Shown here piece after piece: positions 10,001 to 19,066 of a DNA stretch of 64,000 bases (position 1 is its first letter; every line of letters begins with the position of its first letter). The stretch spans positions 2,594 through 66,593 of the forward strand of contig JAZQAB010000011.1 of NCBI GenBank assembly GCA_045545055.1, read 5' to 3'. The notes under the pieces were generated by a model, which was not told the origin of the DNA, searched no databases, and worked only from the letters and a program-made list of their open reading frames with translations. The position numbers and the translations under genes are program-made. The stretch is from Clostridia bacterium (GTDB lineage Bacteria; Bacillota; Clostridia; UMGS1883).

Positions 10001-12887
10001 TATTGTTGTTGAAAGTACGGAGTCGTCATTTACAGTGTACAATGAAATTTTGTATGATAAGGATATGACAAGGTTATTATGTAGCCCGTCTTATGCTTCG
10101 GCAGGGCATTGCGAACTGCCGTCAACAGTGAAAAAGATTGATGCAGGTGCATTCAGCAATAACTATAATCTAAATAGTATAGCACTTCCGCAAGGACTTA
10201 CAACAATCGGTGATGAAGCCTTTTCAAGCTGTAGTTCCTTGGCTTCAATTTTTATTCCCGACAGTGTAACGACTATAGGAAAGAGTGCCTTTTCTTCTTG
10301 CGGATTCAATTATTTCAATGTACCCGAAGGGGTAACGGAGATTAGTGAAGGTATGCTGTCAAACTGCTGGAATCTGCAGAATGTTTATATGCACGATTCC
10401 GTAACAAAAATCGGTGCCAATGCTTTTTCGGGAAGCCCTCTTTCAAATAATTTTACATTCCCGAAAGGAATTAAAGAAATAGGAAGCCATGCTTTTTCAA
10501 ACTGTCAGATAGGCGGCGATGTTAGGCTTCCCGAGGGACTTGAAAAAATCGGAGAAAGAGCATTTATGCACTGTCTGAACATAAATCAGGTTTATATTCC
10601 TGCAAGCGTTATCTCTATCGGAGAATCAGCGTTTGTGTGTGATAATCTATTCAGAATAAATGTAGATGAAGGAAACAGTGCTTATACGGATATAGAAGGA
10701 GCTTTGTATAATAAGGAGCTTACTTCAATCCTTTCATATCCTGCCTCTAAAATGGGCACCTTTGTTGCTCCGGATTCAATTAAAAGGGTTGAAAGCGATG
10801 CGTTTAACCGTTCCAAATTGTCAAAGGTTATACTTCCCGATGGAGTAACATATATCGGCAACAATGCATTTTCACAGTGTCCTAATCTTGTGAGCATACG
10901 CATTCCCGATTCTGTTACTTCAATGGGATATGACGTGTTCTCCAATAACGCACTGTTAAGAAGCGTTGGTTTGCCTGCCGGAATCACAAAGATTCCAAGC
11001 AGTACGTTTAATAACTGTGCTATGCTTGAAAGCGTTACTCTCGGCAAAAATGTTAAGACAATAGAGTGGAATGCGTTTTATAACTGCATGAATCTGCGTG
11101 TGATAAAAATAAGCTCAGCACTTGAAGAGATAAAACCCTATGCATTTTCTCAGGCAAATAATCTTTCTGAAATTATTTATGAGGGTAGTGCTGAAAGCTG
11201 GAGCAATATAACCATAGGCGAGCAAAATGATGCTTTAAGCACTGCTCGGTTAACTACCGATGCCAAGTTTGTGCTCGGAGTTACACTTGATAAGAAAAAC
11301 GTAAATCTTAAAATTGGAGATACATTGCAGCTTGCTGCCGTGACCTCTCCCGAAGCTGTTACAGATACACTTGTGTGGAATTCGGAAGATATCCTTGTAG
11401 CAAGTGTTGAAAATGGACTTATAACCGCAGAAGATGCCGGAAATACGACAGTGACAGTATCTTCTTCTGACGGCTCTTATATTGACTACTGCAACGTAAG
11501 TGTATCTACGGAGGGAAGCATCGGTGAAGGCATTAAATGGAGCCTCAGTGACGGTGTACTTACCGTAAGCGGTGAGGGAGAAATTCCCGATTACGATGAA
11601 GCCGTGAGCAGAACATTGGCAGGAGCTCCTTGGTCGGATTACAGAAAAATTATTAAAACCATAATTATTGGCGAAGGAATAACTGCAATTGGAAATAACG
11701 CCTTCCGTGATAACTGGAATGCCGAAAGCATCGTGATTTCTCAGACAGTTCAGTCAATAGGCGACAGAGCCTTTGCAGTGTGTGAATCTGTTAAAGAAAT
11801 TAATATTCCCAAAAATGTAAAGTCGATAGGAGAAGAAGCCTTCGAGGGAATGTGGGAGCTTAAAGGCTTCAAAGTTGATGCGGGAAATGAGCATTTTTCA
11901 GCACAGGACGGAGTTCTCTTTAACAAAGAAAAAACAGTGCTTCTCGCATATCCTATGGAAAAGCAGACAGAAATGTATAAAATCCCCGCAGGCGTAAAAG
12001 AAATTGCGGATTCTGCACTGCGGAGAAATCAGTATCTTCAGGTTGTGGTTATGCCCGAAGGACTTACCTCAATTGGAGCATACGCATTTGCTGATATATT
12101 CAGGCTTCGCGGAGTGATTATGCCTGCAAGTATTAAAAACATCGGACAGGGCATATTTATAGGAAGCGCGCTGAATGTAATTGTATATGGCGGAAACGAC
12201 GAGGAATATGAAGAGCTTATTTCGCAGACAACGGATAATCTGGGATTGCCTGCCGCAGTGCATGTTGTATATAATTCCACTATGCCCGTGAACGGTGTGA
12301 TGAACGAGCCTATAATTGAAAACGGGCAGATTAAAGTAAATGTATGGTTTGAAACAATGTTTGAGGAGTGCAAGGTAATATTTGCCGTATATGATGAAAA
12401 ACACAAGCTTGTAAAAACAACTATGCAGAATGTTTCTGATGAAACAACGGCAATTCCTGAATTCCGTGCAGATGTTGAGGGCGAGGCTCTTGGATATACT
12501 GTTAAGGTATTTTTCTGGGACAAGTCAAATTCAATGAGAATTCTCGGAAAACCCCTTGAATACTATATTAGTCCTACTATTGACGTTGATGAAGTTCTTG
12601 AGTCGCCGCATGATTATGTGAGCGGTCAAACAGTTACCAAGATTTATGAATCTCCCGTAGGAACAAAGTTGGAAATAACCTTTGATGAATTGACAGAAAC
12701 AGAGGAAAATGTTGACTTTATCTACATTTACGACGAAAAGGAAGAACTTGTCGGCAAATACACCGGAACTCAGCTTGCAGGGAAAACTATAACAATTCCC
12801 GGAAGAAAAGTTATAATAAAGCTTACAAGTGATGAAAATATTGCTAAATATGGCTTTAAGACATCAAAGATAGTAGTATACAAGTAA
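7017..12887 (+). CDS. giant cell-surface protein with BspA-type leucine-rich repeats and Big_2 domains
   Basis: The likely true start is the GTG at 7035 (VKKKFLSFMLACLMVITAVSLPASA signal peptide, RBS aaggaaaag). A Gly/Thr-rich linker follows. Many ~23-aa LRR units carry the I..IG..AF..C motif. At least four Big_2-like Ig domains are interspersed (e.g. VTGMVIEETSVDM.., VLGVTLDKKNV..). Confidence 0.85.
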   Translation: MKEGKVVKKKFLSFMLACLMVITAVSLPASAETGEITEGNATGGAGNASGIVSGGTGSGAYGGTGSGTTVGPDVGTEDDTEGDAALSGTIGSVNWVIEPGTSATGGGQLVISGSGEVPDYTIDNPAPWAENRNNINEIYIEEGITGIGDFAFYGLKYVHFLSIPETLETIGNGVFAGISWLSEIKIAEGNKFFCEKDSDLLSKDNKTLILKTADNSDNVYFLPESVTAIAPYAFYMNTVLRKVFVGNQLESIGESAFAQCNEDIVLYYTGTEAEWNEKVVVGENNGSISSIVYESKRVSAITLSSSELELKTGESAVLEITPIPQDASITDVIWTVDDYNIASVTDGTVQAVNAGITTVRATSKDGKYVAKCKVCVSAKGNLTTSVAWEVSPDLKTLTVSGSGEVPDYSGTGYAPWEMYRQNIEKIVVENGITKIGNYGFAETKCREVILPEGLISIGKSAFCFSENLEKINFPSGLASIGGSAFSACTKIESVNLPDTVTYIGEHAFNNCAKMVSLRLPEAIESIPNGTFNCCQSLKAVKIPDSVKTIGNYAFCACNGLETVVIGSALESVGYGSFYDVSLLENVYYTGTSESWGKISFEGDNDSIQNASIIYGYEPVTKVQLDKSELLMNVKDTKKLSALFTPENASMPYAMWSSSDESVAVVDAEGNVTAKARGTAQITATAICENVSASCSVVTENVPVTGMVIEETSVDMIKGEEYQLTLIFSPENATNRNIKWTSDDEDVVVVSGEGLLEAVGEGTAIVTGVTEEGEYTDSVSVTVRETIAEGVLDGGITWRINFDGNLTVGGTGEMPDFYPTEVDNDSTGNGTAAGGSTDKDNSAWSETLAPWFDYSEKIKTVTVEDGITSVGDYAFAYLYSLENAYIAFTVTDIGKNAFENSALMNIFLPESVTSIGERAFAYNHRLSSVYLPSNLKTIGKNAFEGCWGITGITLPQSLESIGSYAFSSTGINYISIPQSVKTIGEGAFARMSSLGSIVVESTESSFTVYNEILYDKDMTRLLCSPSYASAGHCELPSTVKKIDAGAFSNNYNLNSIALPQGLTTIGDEAFSSCSSLASIFIPDSVTTIGKSAFSSCGFNYFNVPEGVTEISEGMLSNCWNLQNVYMHDSVTKIGANAFSGSPLSNNFTFPKGIKEIGSHAFSNCQIGGDVRLPEGLEKIGERAFMHCLNINQVYIPASVISIGESAFVCDNLFRINVDEGNSAYTDIEGALYNKELTSILSYPASKMGTFVAPDSIKRVESDAFNRSKLSKVILPDGVTYIGNNAFSQCPNLVSIRIPDSVTSMGYDVFSNNALLRSVGLPAGITKIPSSTFNNCAMLESVTLGKNVKTIEWNAFYNCMNLRVIKISSALEEIKPYAFSQANNLSEIIYEGSAESWSNITIGEQNDALSTARLTTDAKFVLGVTLDKKNVNLKIGDTLQLAAVTSPEAVTDTLVWNSEDILVASVENGLITAEDAGNTTVTVSSSDGSYIDYCNVSVSTEGSIGEGIKWSLSDGVLTVSGEGEIPDYDEAVSRTLAGAPWSDYRKIIKTIIIGEGITAIGNNAFRDNWNAESIVISQTVQSIGDRAFAVCESVKEINIPKNVKSIGEEAFEGMWELKGFKVDAGNEHFSAQDGVLFNKEKTVLLAYPMEKQTEMYKIPAGVKEIADSALRRNQYLQVVVMPEGLTSIGAYAFADIFRLRGVIMPASIKNIGQGIFIGSALNVIVYGGNDEEYEELISQTTDNLGLPAAVHVVYNSTMPVNGVMNEPIIENGQIKVNVWFETMFEECKVIFAVYDEKHKLVKTTMQNVSDETTAIPEFRADVEGEALGYTVKVFFWDKSNSMRILGKPLEYYISPTIDVDEVLESPHDYVSGQTVTKIYESPVGTKLEITFDELTETEENVDFIYIYDEKEELVGKYTGTQLAGKTITIPGRKVIIKLTSDENIAKYGFKTSKIVVYK

Positions 12888-12907
12888 TATGAAAGGATGA
12901 ATTTCCG

Positions 12908-13261
12908 ATGAAAAGAGTTTTTAAACTCCTCACAGCGGCAGTAATCACGCTGTCACTCATATTTTCACTTTCAGCGTGTGGCAGTAAGAAGGTTCCAAAA
13001 AAGGAAATTGATTATGATCGCATGATAGAAAGCTTTGTACCCGATTCATTTAATACCAAGTCCCTTGCAGTGGGTGAGGTAGACGGACCGCAGGCGCGTA
13101 TATGGCTTGAGAGCGGAATGGGAACGGTGTATACAAGTAATGACAAAGTGGTTACTATTTCCGATCTGGGTAAGGTCACGGCTGTAGGCACAGGTAGTGC
13201 ATATGTGGTAATCACGGGCATGGGCGGTATGTTTGAGGTTTATCGTTACGACGTATATTAA
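12908..13261 (+). CDS. lipoprotein with Big_2-like domain
   Basis: Signal peptide with lipobox (LIFSLSAC). The C-terminal part is Big_2-like (KVVTISDLGKVTAVGTGSAYVVITG). Confidence 0.6.
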   Translation: MKRVFKLLTAAVITLSLIFSLSACGSKKVPKKEIDYDRMIESFVPDSFNTKSLAVGEVDGPQARIWLESGMGTVYTSNDKVVTISDLGKVTAVGTGSAYVVITGMGGMFEVYRYDVY

Positions 13262-13336
13262 TAGAGAAATTTATGCATATTCTCTTGTTTGAGGAAAATT
13301 AATTAAATTAAATAAACAAAAGAGAGGGTTATCAAA

Positions 13337-13894
13337 ATGAAAAAAAGAATTTTATCACTCATTCTTGTGTCAGCAATTGGTTTGTGTCTGTGTGCCTGTG
13401 ATGATGATGACAAAATTATACTTCCGACACCCGAACAGGCAATCAATCAGGCAAAAGGTACGATTAATACCTTATCCGAACAGGCCGATGCAAGAGATAT
13501 GAGAAGAACACAGTTGATTGAGCAAAACAAGGTAAAAATAAAAGGTGACGCAACCTTTTCATTGCCTAAAGCAGACATCAAGCTGAATGCATATTCCATA
13601 ATTCCATGGGAGTCGTTGGGACAACCTCAAAAGCAGATATACTTCCTCTATGATTTCATTAATACTGATGAAGATGACAGATCTCCATCAAGTGTACAGG
13701 TTGTAGCATATCAGGATGGTGTCAGACTGGACGGAGCTATCTATTTTGACGACAACGCTGCGACCATGATTAAAAACGGGGTATCAATCAGTGTAGCATC
13801 AGCCTTTGTTCTGAACAATCTTGAAAGTGACGTACAGGTTAAGTTTGAAAACTACGGCGAGGAAAGCGAAGAATATACTGTAAAAATTAAATAA
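13337..13894 (+). CDS. lipoprotein, DUF4352/DUF5067-like
   Basis: MKKRILSLILVSAIGLCLCAC lipobox. The fold is beta-rich and there is no catalytic motif. Confidence 0.55.
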   Translation: MKKRILSLILVSAIGLCLCACDDDDKIILPTPEQAINQAKGTINTLSEQADARDMRRTQLIEQNKVKIKGDATFSLPKADIKLNAYSIIPWESLGQPQKQIYFLYDFINTDEDDRSPSSVQVVAYQDGVRLDGAIYFDDNAATMIKNGVSISVASAFVLNNLESDVQVKFENYGEESEEYTVKIK

Positions 13895-13900
13895 GCAGAG

Positions 13901-13945
13901 AAAGCAAAGAACCCAATCCGTTGGATTGGGTTCTTTGCTTTCTTT
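13901..13945 (+). terminator. intrinsic terminator
   Basis: aaagcaaagaacccaatcc / ggattgggttctttgcttt hairpin followed by a T-rich tract. Confidence 0.6.
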
Positions 13946-13963
13946 ACCGTATAAGAATTTGTG

Positions 13964-14036
13964 TAATTTAATCGCGAGCTATCAATTATGAATTTAGTCA
14001 GAACGCGACATGGGTGAAGCGGCACGCTTCTTATTT
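13964..14036 (+). repeat. structured intergenic repeat element, copy A (subtype 2)
   Basis: Sequence is aatcgcgag..tttagtcagaacgcgacatgggtg followed by the gaagcg-gca-cgcttc hairpin and ttattt. The P1 stem is tcgcG/Cgcga. The hairpin (14016-14030) directly abuts the stop codon (14031-14033) of the convergent minus-strand gene. Confidence 0.7.
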
Positions 14037-14657
14037 ATAATTTTTAACCAATTCTTTATATTGCTTATTATATTTCATTTTATATCCTAAAATAAGTTCA
14101 GGGGAGAATTTTTCTCTGTTTTGTTCAACAAGCTCTTGAGCGAGCTTCTTTGAAATATTCAAAGAAAATTTTTTGCCGTGTGCTGTACAGAAAATCATGT
14201 TTTTATTTGTGGTTGTAGCACCGGTGCCGGTATCATGGGTAGTGGTTTTTCTTAAGTAAATCCAAAGAATTTCCTTATAGGAAAATACGCAAAATGGACT
14301 TGAAACGGAAAAGAATTTGTCTCCGCAGATAACTTTTCTCATTTTGCCAATGGTTTGACCTTTATCTAAATCATCTGAAACTTCATTAATTGAAATCCCC
14401 GAATCTTCAAGGATTTCAACACATTTTAAAATGTTTCGTCTGAATCCGAAATATACAACAACGCTGACAATTAACAAAAGTCCCGAAGCACCAAGTAAAG
14501 CAGTTGTGAGGTTAGACGTTATCGCAGCATTTAGTAAAAAAGAGACAACTAATAAAATCACGGATATAATTGTTATGTTTTTCCAAATGTTTGCCGACTT
14601 TACCTTAGACTCAATTTTTTTCTTCATAAAAGCACCCCTTAAGAATAAATTGAACAC
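14031..14657 (-). CDS. hypothetical membrane protein (2 TM + cytoplasmic PH-like domain)
   Basis: The N-terminus has two hydrophobic segments. The probable start is the second Met (MKKKIESK). There is no recognisable catalytic motif. Confidence 0.5.
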   Translation of the reverse strand: MFNLFLRGAFMKKKIESKVKSANIWKNITIISVILLVVSFLLNAAITSNLTTALLGASGLLLIVSVVVYFGFRRNILKCVEILEDSGISINEVSDDLDKGQTIGKMRKVICGDKFFSVSSPFCVFSYKEILWIYLRKTTTHDTGTGATTTNKNMIFCTAHGKKFSLNISKKLAQELVEQNREKFSPELILGYKMKYNKQYKELVKNYK

Positions 14658-14743
14658 ATTATATCATATATTTGGTGAAAATGTCAATAAATGGCAGTTA
14701 AAAAATGACAGATTTTATATTCAGAGATTTTTTCCTATTTCTA

Positions 14744-14772
14744 TTGACAACATATATTTTCCATGCTATACT
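14744..14772 (+). promoter_or_regulatory. sigma-A-type promoter of the GntR-ABC operon
   Basis: TTGACA (14744-14749), 17-nt spacer, then TATACT (14767-14772). Confidence 0.5.
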
Positions 14773-14799
14773 AACTGTATTAGTACGAGTAATACAGTT
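14773..14799 (+). promoter_or_regulatory. putative GntR (YtrA-type) operator palindrome
   Basis: AACTGTATTA-gtacgag-TAATACAGTT is a perfect 10-bp inverted repeat. It lies immediately downstream of the -10 and overlaps the transcription start of the regulator's own gene. Confidence 0.35.
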
Positions 14800-14813
14800 A
14801 AGGAGGTGAATCA

Positions 14814-15191
14814 ATGATAAGCTTAGATTATAAGGACGGAAGAACTCTTCACGAACAGATTGAGCATGGCTTTCGTGAATTAATAATCGGCACAGTACTG
14901 AAAGCTCACGAGCAGCTTCCATCGGTGAGGGAGCTTTCCATTTCTCTTACAGTAAATCCCAATACAGTGCAAAAAGCGTATAAAGAGCTTGAAACAGCAG
15001 GGTATATCTACAGTGTTAAGGGAAAAGGAAACTTTGTAGCACCTCAGTTCCAGGCTAAGGACGAGAAAAGAATAGCGGGGCTTTATGATGAGATTACATC
15101 GGCTGTCAAGGAGCTTATGTATCTGGGTGAAACAAAAGAAGAAATAAACAGTCTTATAAACAATATTTATTCAGAAAGGGAGGAAGGATAA
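14814..15191 (+). CDS. GntR family transcriptional regulator (YtrA subfamily)
   Basis: GntR winged HTH (LPSVRELSISLTVNPNTVQKAYKELETAGYIYSVKGKGNFV). The short effector domain and the following ABC genes fit the YtrA architecture. Confidence 0.8.
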   Translation: MISLDYKDGRTLHEQIEHGFRELIIGTVLKAHEQLPSVRELSISLTVNPNTVQKAYKELETAGYIYSVKGKGNFVAPQFQAKDEKRIAGLYDEITSAVKELMYLGETKEEINSLINNIYSEREEG

Positions 15192-16090
15192 TGATTCAGG
15201 TGTCCTCGGTAACAAAATACTTTGATAATTTTAAAGTGCTTGACGATTTTTCTCTTGATGTGAAAAAGGGTACTATATATGGCTTGATAGGACCCAACGG
15301 AGCAGGTAAAACCACCGTGATAAATCATATTAACGGCGTTTTGAAGCCCGATTGCGGCAATATTTACATAGATGGTGTAAGAGTTTATGAAAATGAGCAA
15401 ATAAAGGAAAGAGTGCTGAATATTTCCGATGACTGGTTTTATTACAGTACGTATACAATTAAGCAAATGGCACGCTTCTATGCGGATATTTATAAAAATT
15501 TCAGCTTTGAGCGTTATAATGCAATAGGCGAAATCTTTAAAATCAATGAAAAAAGGCAGATAAGGAAGCTGTCTAAGGGTATGAAAAAGCAGGTGGCATT
15601 TTGGCTTACTCTTTCTGCAATGCCCGATGTCCTCATTTTGGACGAGCCGCTTGACGGACTTGACCCTGTTATGAGAAAGCAGGTTCTTAATCTTGTTATT
15701 GCAGATGTAAGTGACCGTGATTTAACGGTGCTGGTATCCTCGCACAATCTTCGTGAGCTTGAAGATATATGTGATTGGGTAGGAATTATCCATAAGGGTA
15801 AAATGATTGCACAAAAGCCGCTTGATGATTTAAAGGGCAGTGTTCATAAGTATCAGATGGTGCTTGATGAAGAAGCGGCACAAAGGCTTTCGGATTCGGG
15901 CGAGGTGCTGCATATTTCAAGAACGGGCTCGGTATACAGTGTAATTATAAGGGGCGATGCACAGCTCACCTATGACAAAATGAAAGAGCTTTCACCTCTT
16001 TTGTGTGAGAGAATCAGCCTTACACTGGAAGAAGTTTTCATTTATGAGTTGGGAGGTCTGGGATATGATTTCAAAAACATTATTTTTTAA
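15191..16090 (+). CDS. ABC transporter ATP-binding protein
   Basis: Walker A is GPNGAGKTT. The signature is LSKGMKKQ. Walker B is LILDEP. The start overlaps the GntR stop (ATGA). Confidence 0.85.
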   Translation: MIQVSSVTKYFDNFKVLDDFSLDVKKGTIYGLIGPNGAGKTTVINHINGVLKPDCGNIYIDGVRVYENEQIKERVLNISDDWFYYSTYTIKQMARFYADIYKNFSFERYNAIGEIFKINEKRQIRKLSKGMKKQVAFWLTLSAMPDVLILDEPLDGLDPVMRKQVLNLVIADVSDRDLTVLVSSHNLRELEDICDWVGIIHKGKMIAQKPLDDLKGSVHKYQMVLDEEAAQRLSDSGEVLHISRTGSVYSVIIRGDAQLTYDKMKELSPLLCERISLTLEEVFIYELGGLGYDFKNIIF

Positions 16091-18110
16091 CAAAGGAATA
16101 TATAAATCAACTCTCCGCAGATATTTGTGGGGAAGTGTACTCTACTTTATTCTTCTGTTTATGATTACGGGAATGTCAATTCTTTTAAATTATGACACGG
16201 AGCAGATGTTCCTTCCCTCAATAGGCAGCGAGGTATCACTTATTTTGCGTAACGAATATATTCTGCTTCCTACGCTTCTGGCAATTGTAGTGCCCACGGT
16301 TGTAGGGCTGATGATATTCAGATTTATTCATTCAAAAAAGACATCAATCTTTGTGCACAGTCTGCCTGTGAAAAGGGAAGCAAACTATATTTCAACGGTA
16401 ATGGCAGCTTTTACGCTTATGGGAATCCCTGTGATGCTCAATGCTCTTGTATTGATGATAATTTCACTGTCGGGATATGCACACCTTTTTGGTGTTGGTG
16501 ATTGTATCACATGGATGCTTTTTAATCTGTTTGCACTGTTTATTATGTTTTCCTGTGTTTGCTTTGTGGCATCTATAACGGGAAACAGTTTTGCCATGAT
16601 AGTTCTTAATATAATCTTCCATCTTTTTGTTCCATTGCTTGTTGCAGGGTTTGAGAGAGTGTCAAGCATTTTCCTTCACGGCTTTGCAAATGACAGTTTA
16701 TTGATGACAAAAGTGACAGATGCAAACTTCCCCGTGAAGCTTATGGAGGTAGCCTCTTCGTGGACTTTCAGAGCACAGGAAGCCTTTCATATTCCAAAAG
16801 CAGCATTATTTCTCGTTGCGGCTGTAATTCTTTATATCCTCGCAGGATTTCTTTATAAAAAACGCAGAATGGAAACTGCGGAGGAGGTGGCGGGCTTTAA
16901 GTGCCTGAATCCGATTTTCAAGTATCTTATTACATTTATGGGAGCTATTGCTGCATTTTCGATTTTCAGCCCTTCTATGAGCGACAGCAGCTTGGCATTT
17001 TGGTGCGTTATTGCCATTGTAAGTGCAGTTATATATTTTGGCAGTGAGATGCTTCTAAGAAAATCACTTCGTGTCTGGAACTCATATAAGGGGTATCTTG
17101 GATTTGCTATAGCCTTTGCCGCCATGCTTTGTATATTTGCATTCACAAGCTTTTTCGGATTTGAAAGCCGTATCCCGGAAAAAGAGGATATTTCAAAGGT
17201 CGCATTCTATGACTATTATTATGGAGAAACCCCATACCTTGCAAATGATGAAATTATTGCAAAAATGCAGGAATTTCATGCAAAAATGACTGAGAGAAAA
17301 GAAACTGTAAACAAATATGATTCCGATACGTATATTCATTTTGAATATATACTGAAAAATGGAAACAAGCTTCATCGCAGATACGGGGTTTCAAATGACG
17401 AGCTTCACGAAATTATGAATGAAATGTATAAGAATCGGGAATATAAGCAAAGAAGCGAACGTGTGTTTAATAAAATGAAGTCCATCTATACCATAAACAT
17501 ATACGGCAATGAGCATGAAGAAATAAAGGATGACGCTAAAAAAGAAGAGCTCCTTGAGTGTATTAAGAAAGATATGTTAAGTCTTGACTACAATGAAATA
17601 CATAACAGCGGTTGGAATATATCTGTTGAGATTGAATATGTATCCGGAAAAATTGATAATAGCAACCGCTACAATTATCGTATAGAAACAAACCAAAGCG
17701 GCGAGAGGGAGCGTGTTTATATCAATTACATCAGAGTGGATATAAACGCAAACTTTGAAAATACCCTTGCGTGGTTTATCGAAAACGGATATTGGGAAAA
17801 GTTTGCTATAAAAAATGACGGCATCATGTATATCTGTAAGGATTATACACAGCTACCTTTTGTCCGTGGAAAGGAGTTTACGGGGGAAATTTCCGAAGAG
17901 AAGGAAAAGAGAATAATAAAGCTCACCGCTCCCGAAGATTTGGAAAAAATAATTAACTACGCACACTTTGAAAAACAGGCATATATAACAGAGCAGGAAC
18001 GCTATGAGGTGTACCAGGTATTAGATACCTCGTCTTTGGATTATCGTAACATAACCTCGTTGTCGAAAAAAGAGCTTATGAGACTTTTCCCCGACAAGTC
18101 AGTAAAATAG
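16065..18110 (+). CDS. ABC-2-type permease with large C-terminal extracytoplasmic domain
   Basis: The likely start is the ATG at 16065 (MISKTLFF), which overlaps the ATPase gene end. About six TM helices in the first ~330 aa are followed by a ~350-aa soluble domain. Confidence 0.6.
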   Translation: MISKTLFFNKGIYKSTLRRYLWGSVLYFILLFMITGMSILLNYDTEQMFLPSIGSEVSLILRNEYILLPTLLAIVVPTVVGLMIFRFIHSKKTSIFVHSLPVKREANYISTVMAAFTLMGIPVMLNALVLMIISLSGYAHLFGVGDCITWMLFNLFALFIMFSCVCFVASITGNSFAMIVLNIIFHLFVPLLVAGFERVSSIFLHGFANDSLLMTKVTDANFPVKLMEVASSWTFRAQEAFHIPKAALFLVAAVILYILAGFLYKKRRMETAEEVAGFKCLNPIFKYLITFMGAIAAFSIFSPSMSDSSLAFWCVIAIVSAVIYFGSEMLLRKSLRVWNSYKGYLGFAIAFAAMLCIFAFTSFFGFESRIPEKEDISKVAFYDYYYGETPYLANDEIIAKMQEFHAKMTERKETVNKYDSDTYIHFEYILKNGNKLHRRYGVSNDELHEIMNEMYKNREYKQRSERVFNKMKSIYTINIYGNEHEEIKDDAKKEELLECIKKDMLSLDYNEIHNSGWNISVEIEYVSGKIDNSNRYNYRIETNQSGERERVYINYIRVDINANFENTLAWFIENGYWEKFAIKNDGIMYICKDYTQLPFVRGKEFTGEISEEKEKRIIKLTAPEDLEKIINYAHFEKQAYITEQERYEVYQVLDTSSLDYRNITSLSKKELMRLFPDKSVK

Positions 18111-18173
18111 CACCTGTTCCTGAAAGAGACTGAAGGATTTTAAATAAACAAGGAAATATAGGCTCTATTTGTA

Positions 18174-18202
18174 TTGACAAAGCATTTCATTAAAGGTATA
18201 AT
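18174..18202 (+). promoter_or_regulatory. sigma-A-type promoter
   Basis: TTGACA (18174-18179), 17-nt spacer, then TATAAT (18197-18202). Confidence 0.5.
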
Positions 18203-18223
18203 TAAACAGATGTATAGTATTGG

Positions 18224-18263
18224 AGACACATCAACTTTAGGAAGTTGGTGTGTCTTGATTTTT
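18224..18263 (+). promoter_or_regulatory. leader hairpin + U-tract (possible attenuator) upstream of GDPD
   Basis: agacacatcaact / agttggtgtgtct is a 13-bp stem with one G.U pair, followed by tgattttt. It sits between the promoter and the RBS aggagg. Confidence 0.3.
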
Positions 18264-18282
18264 AGGAGGTATATAAAAAGGC

Positions 18283-19026
18283 ATGAACACTGTTAAATTT
18301 GACAAGAAAAACGTAATGGTGATTGCACATCGAGGTTTAAGCGGAATTGAGACGGAAAATACAAACTCTGCTTTTGTTGCTGCGGGAAACAGAAGCTACT
18401 ATGGTATAGAAACCGATATTCACGTTACTCCCGATGAAAAATTCATTGTAATTCATGACGAGCTTACGGTGAGAGTTTCCGATACCGTTGTAAATGTAGA
18501 GGAAACCCCTTACGATGAGCTTAGAAAAATCCGCCTTAATAATATCTGCAAATATGACAAAGAGGGAATTTGCAAAAACGATATAAGGGAAGATATTATT
18601 CTCCCTAACCTTGCTGAATATGTAGGCATTTGCCGAAAATACGAAAAGAAGTGTATTCTTGAGCTTAAACGCCGTTTTGAGACAAAGCATATAAAAATGG
18701 TTATTGAGGAGCTTAAAACTCTTAACTATCTTGAAAATGTAGTGTTCATTTCCTTTGATTTTGATAATCTTGTTGACCTTCGTGAACTTCTTCCCGAGGC
18801 TGAAATTCAGTATCTTGTATATAATTATGATGCAGACGTCAGAGAAAAGCTTAATAAGTATAATTTTGAGCTTGATATTAAGCACACAGCACTTACTCCC
18901 GAGGTTATAAACGAAGTTCATTCCGACGGGCATAAGGTAAACTGCTGGACAGTCGATGATAAGGAAGACGGCGAAAGACTTGCAGCTTGGGGCGTAGACT
19001 ACATAACCACCAATATACTTGAATGA
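18283..19026 (+). CDS. glycerophosphodiester phosphodiesterase
   Basis: GP-PDE family motifs (VIAHRGLSGIETENTNSAF; HVTPDEKFIVIHDE). Confidence 0.8.
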   Translation: MNTVKFDKKNVMVIAHRGLSGIETENTNSAFVAAGNRSYYGIETDIHVTPDEKFIVIHDELTVRVSDTVVNVEETPYDELRKIRLNNICKYDKEGICKNDIREDIILPNLAEYVGICRKYEKKCILELKRRFETKHIKMVIEELKTLNYLENVVFISFDFDNLVDLRELLPEAEIQYLVYNYDADVREKLNKYNFELDIKHTALTPEVINEVHSDGHKVNCWTVDDKEDGERLAAWGVDYITTNILE

Positions 19027-19066
19027 TATAATTTTATTTATAAAAACTAAACGAGGAGCGATAAAA

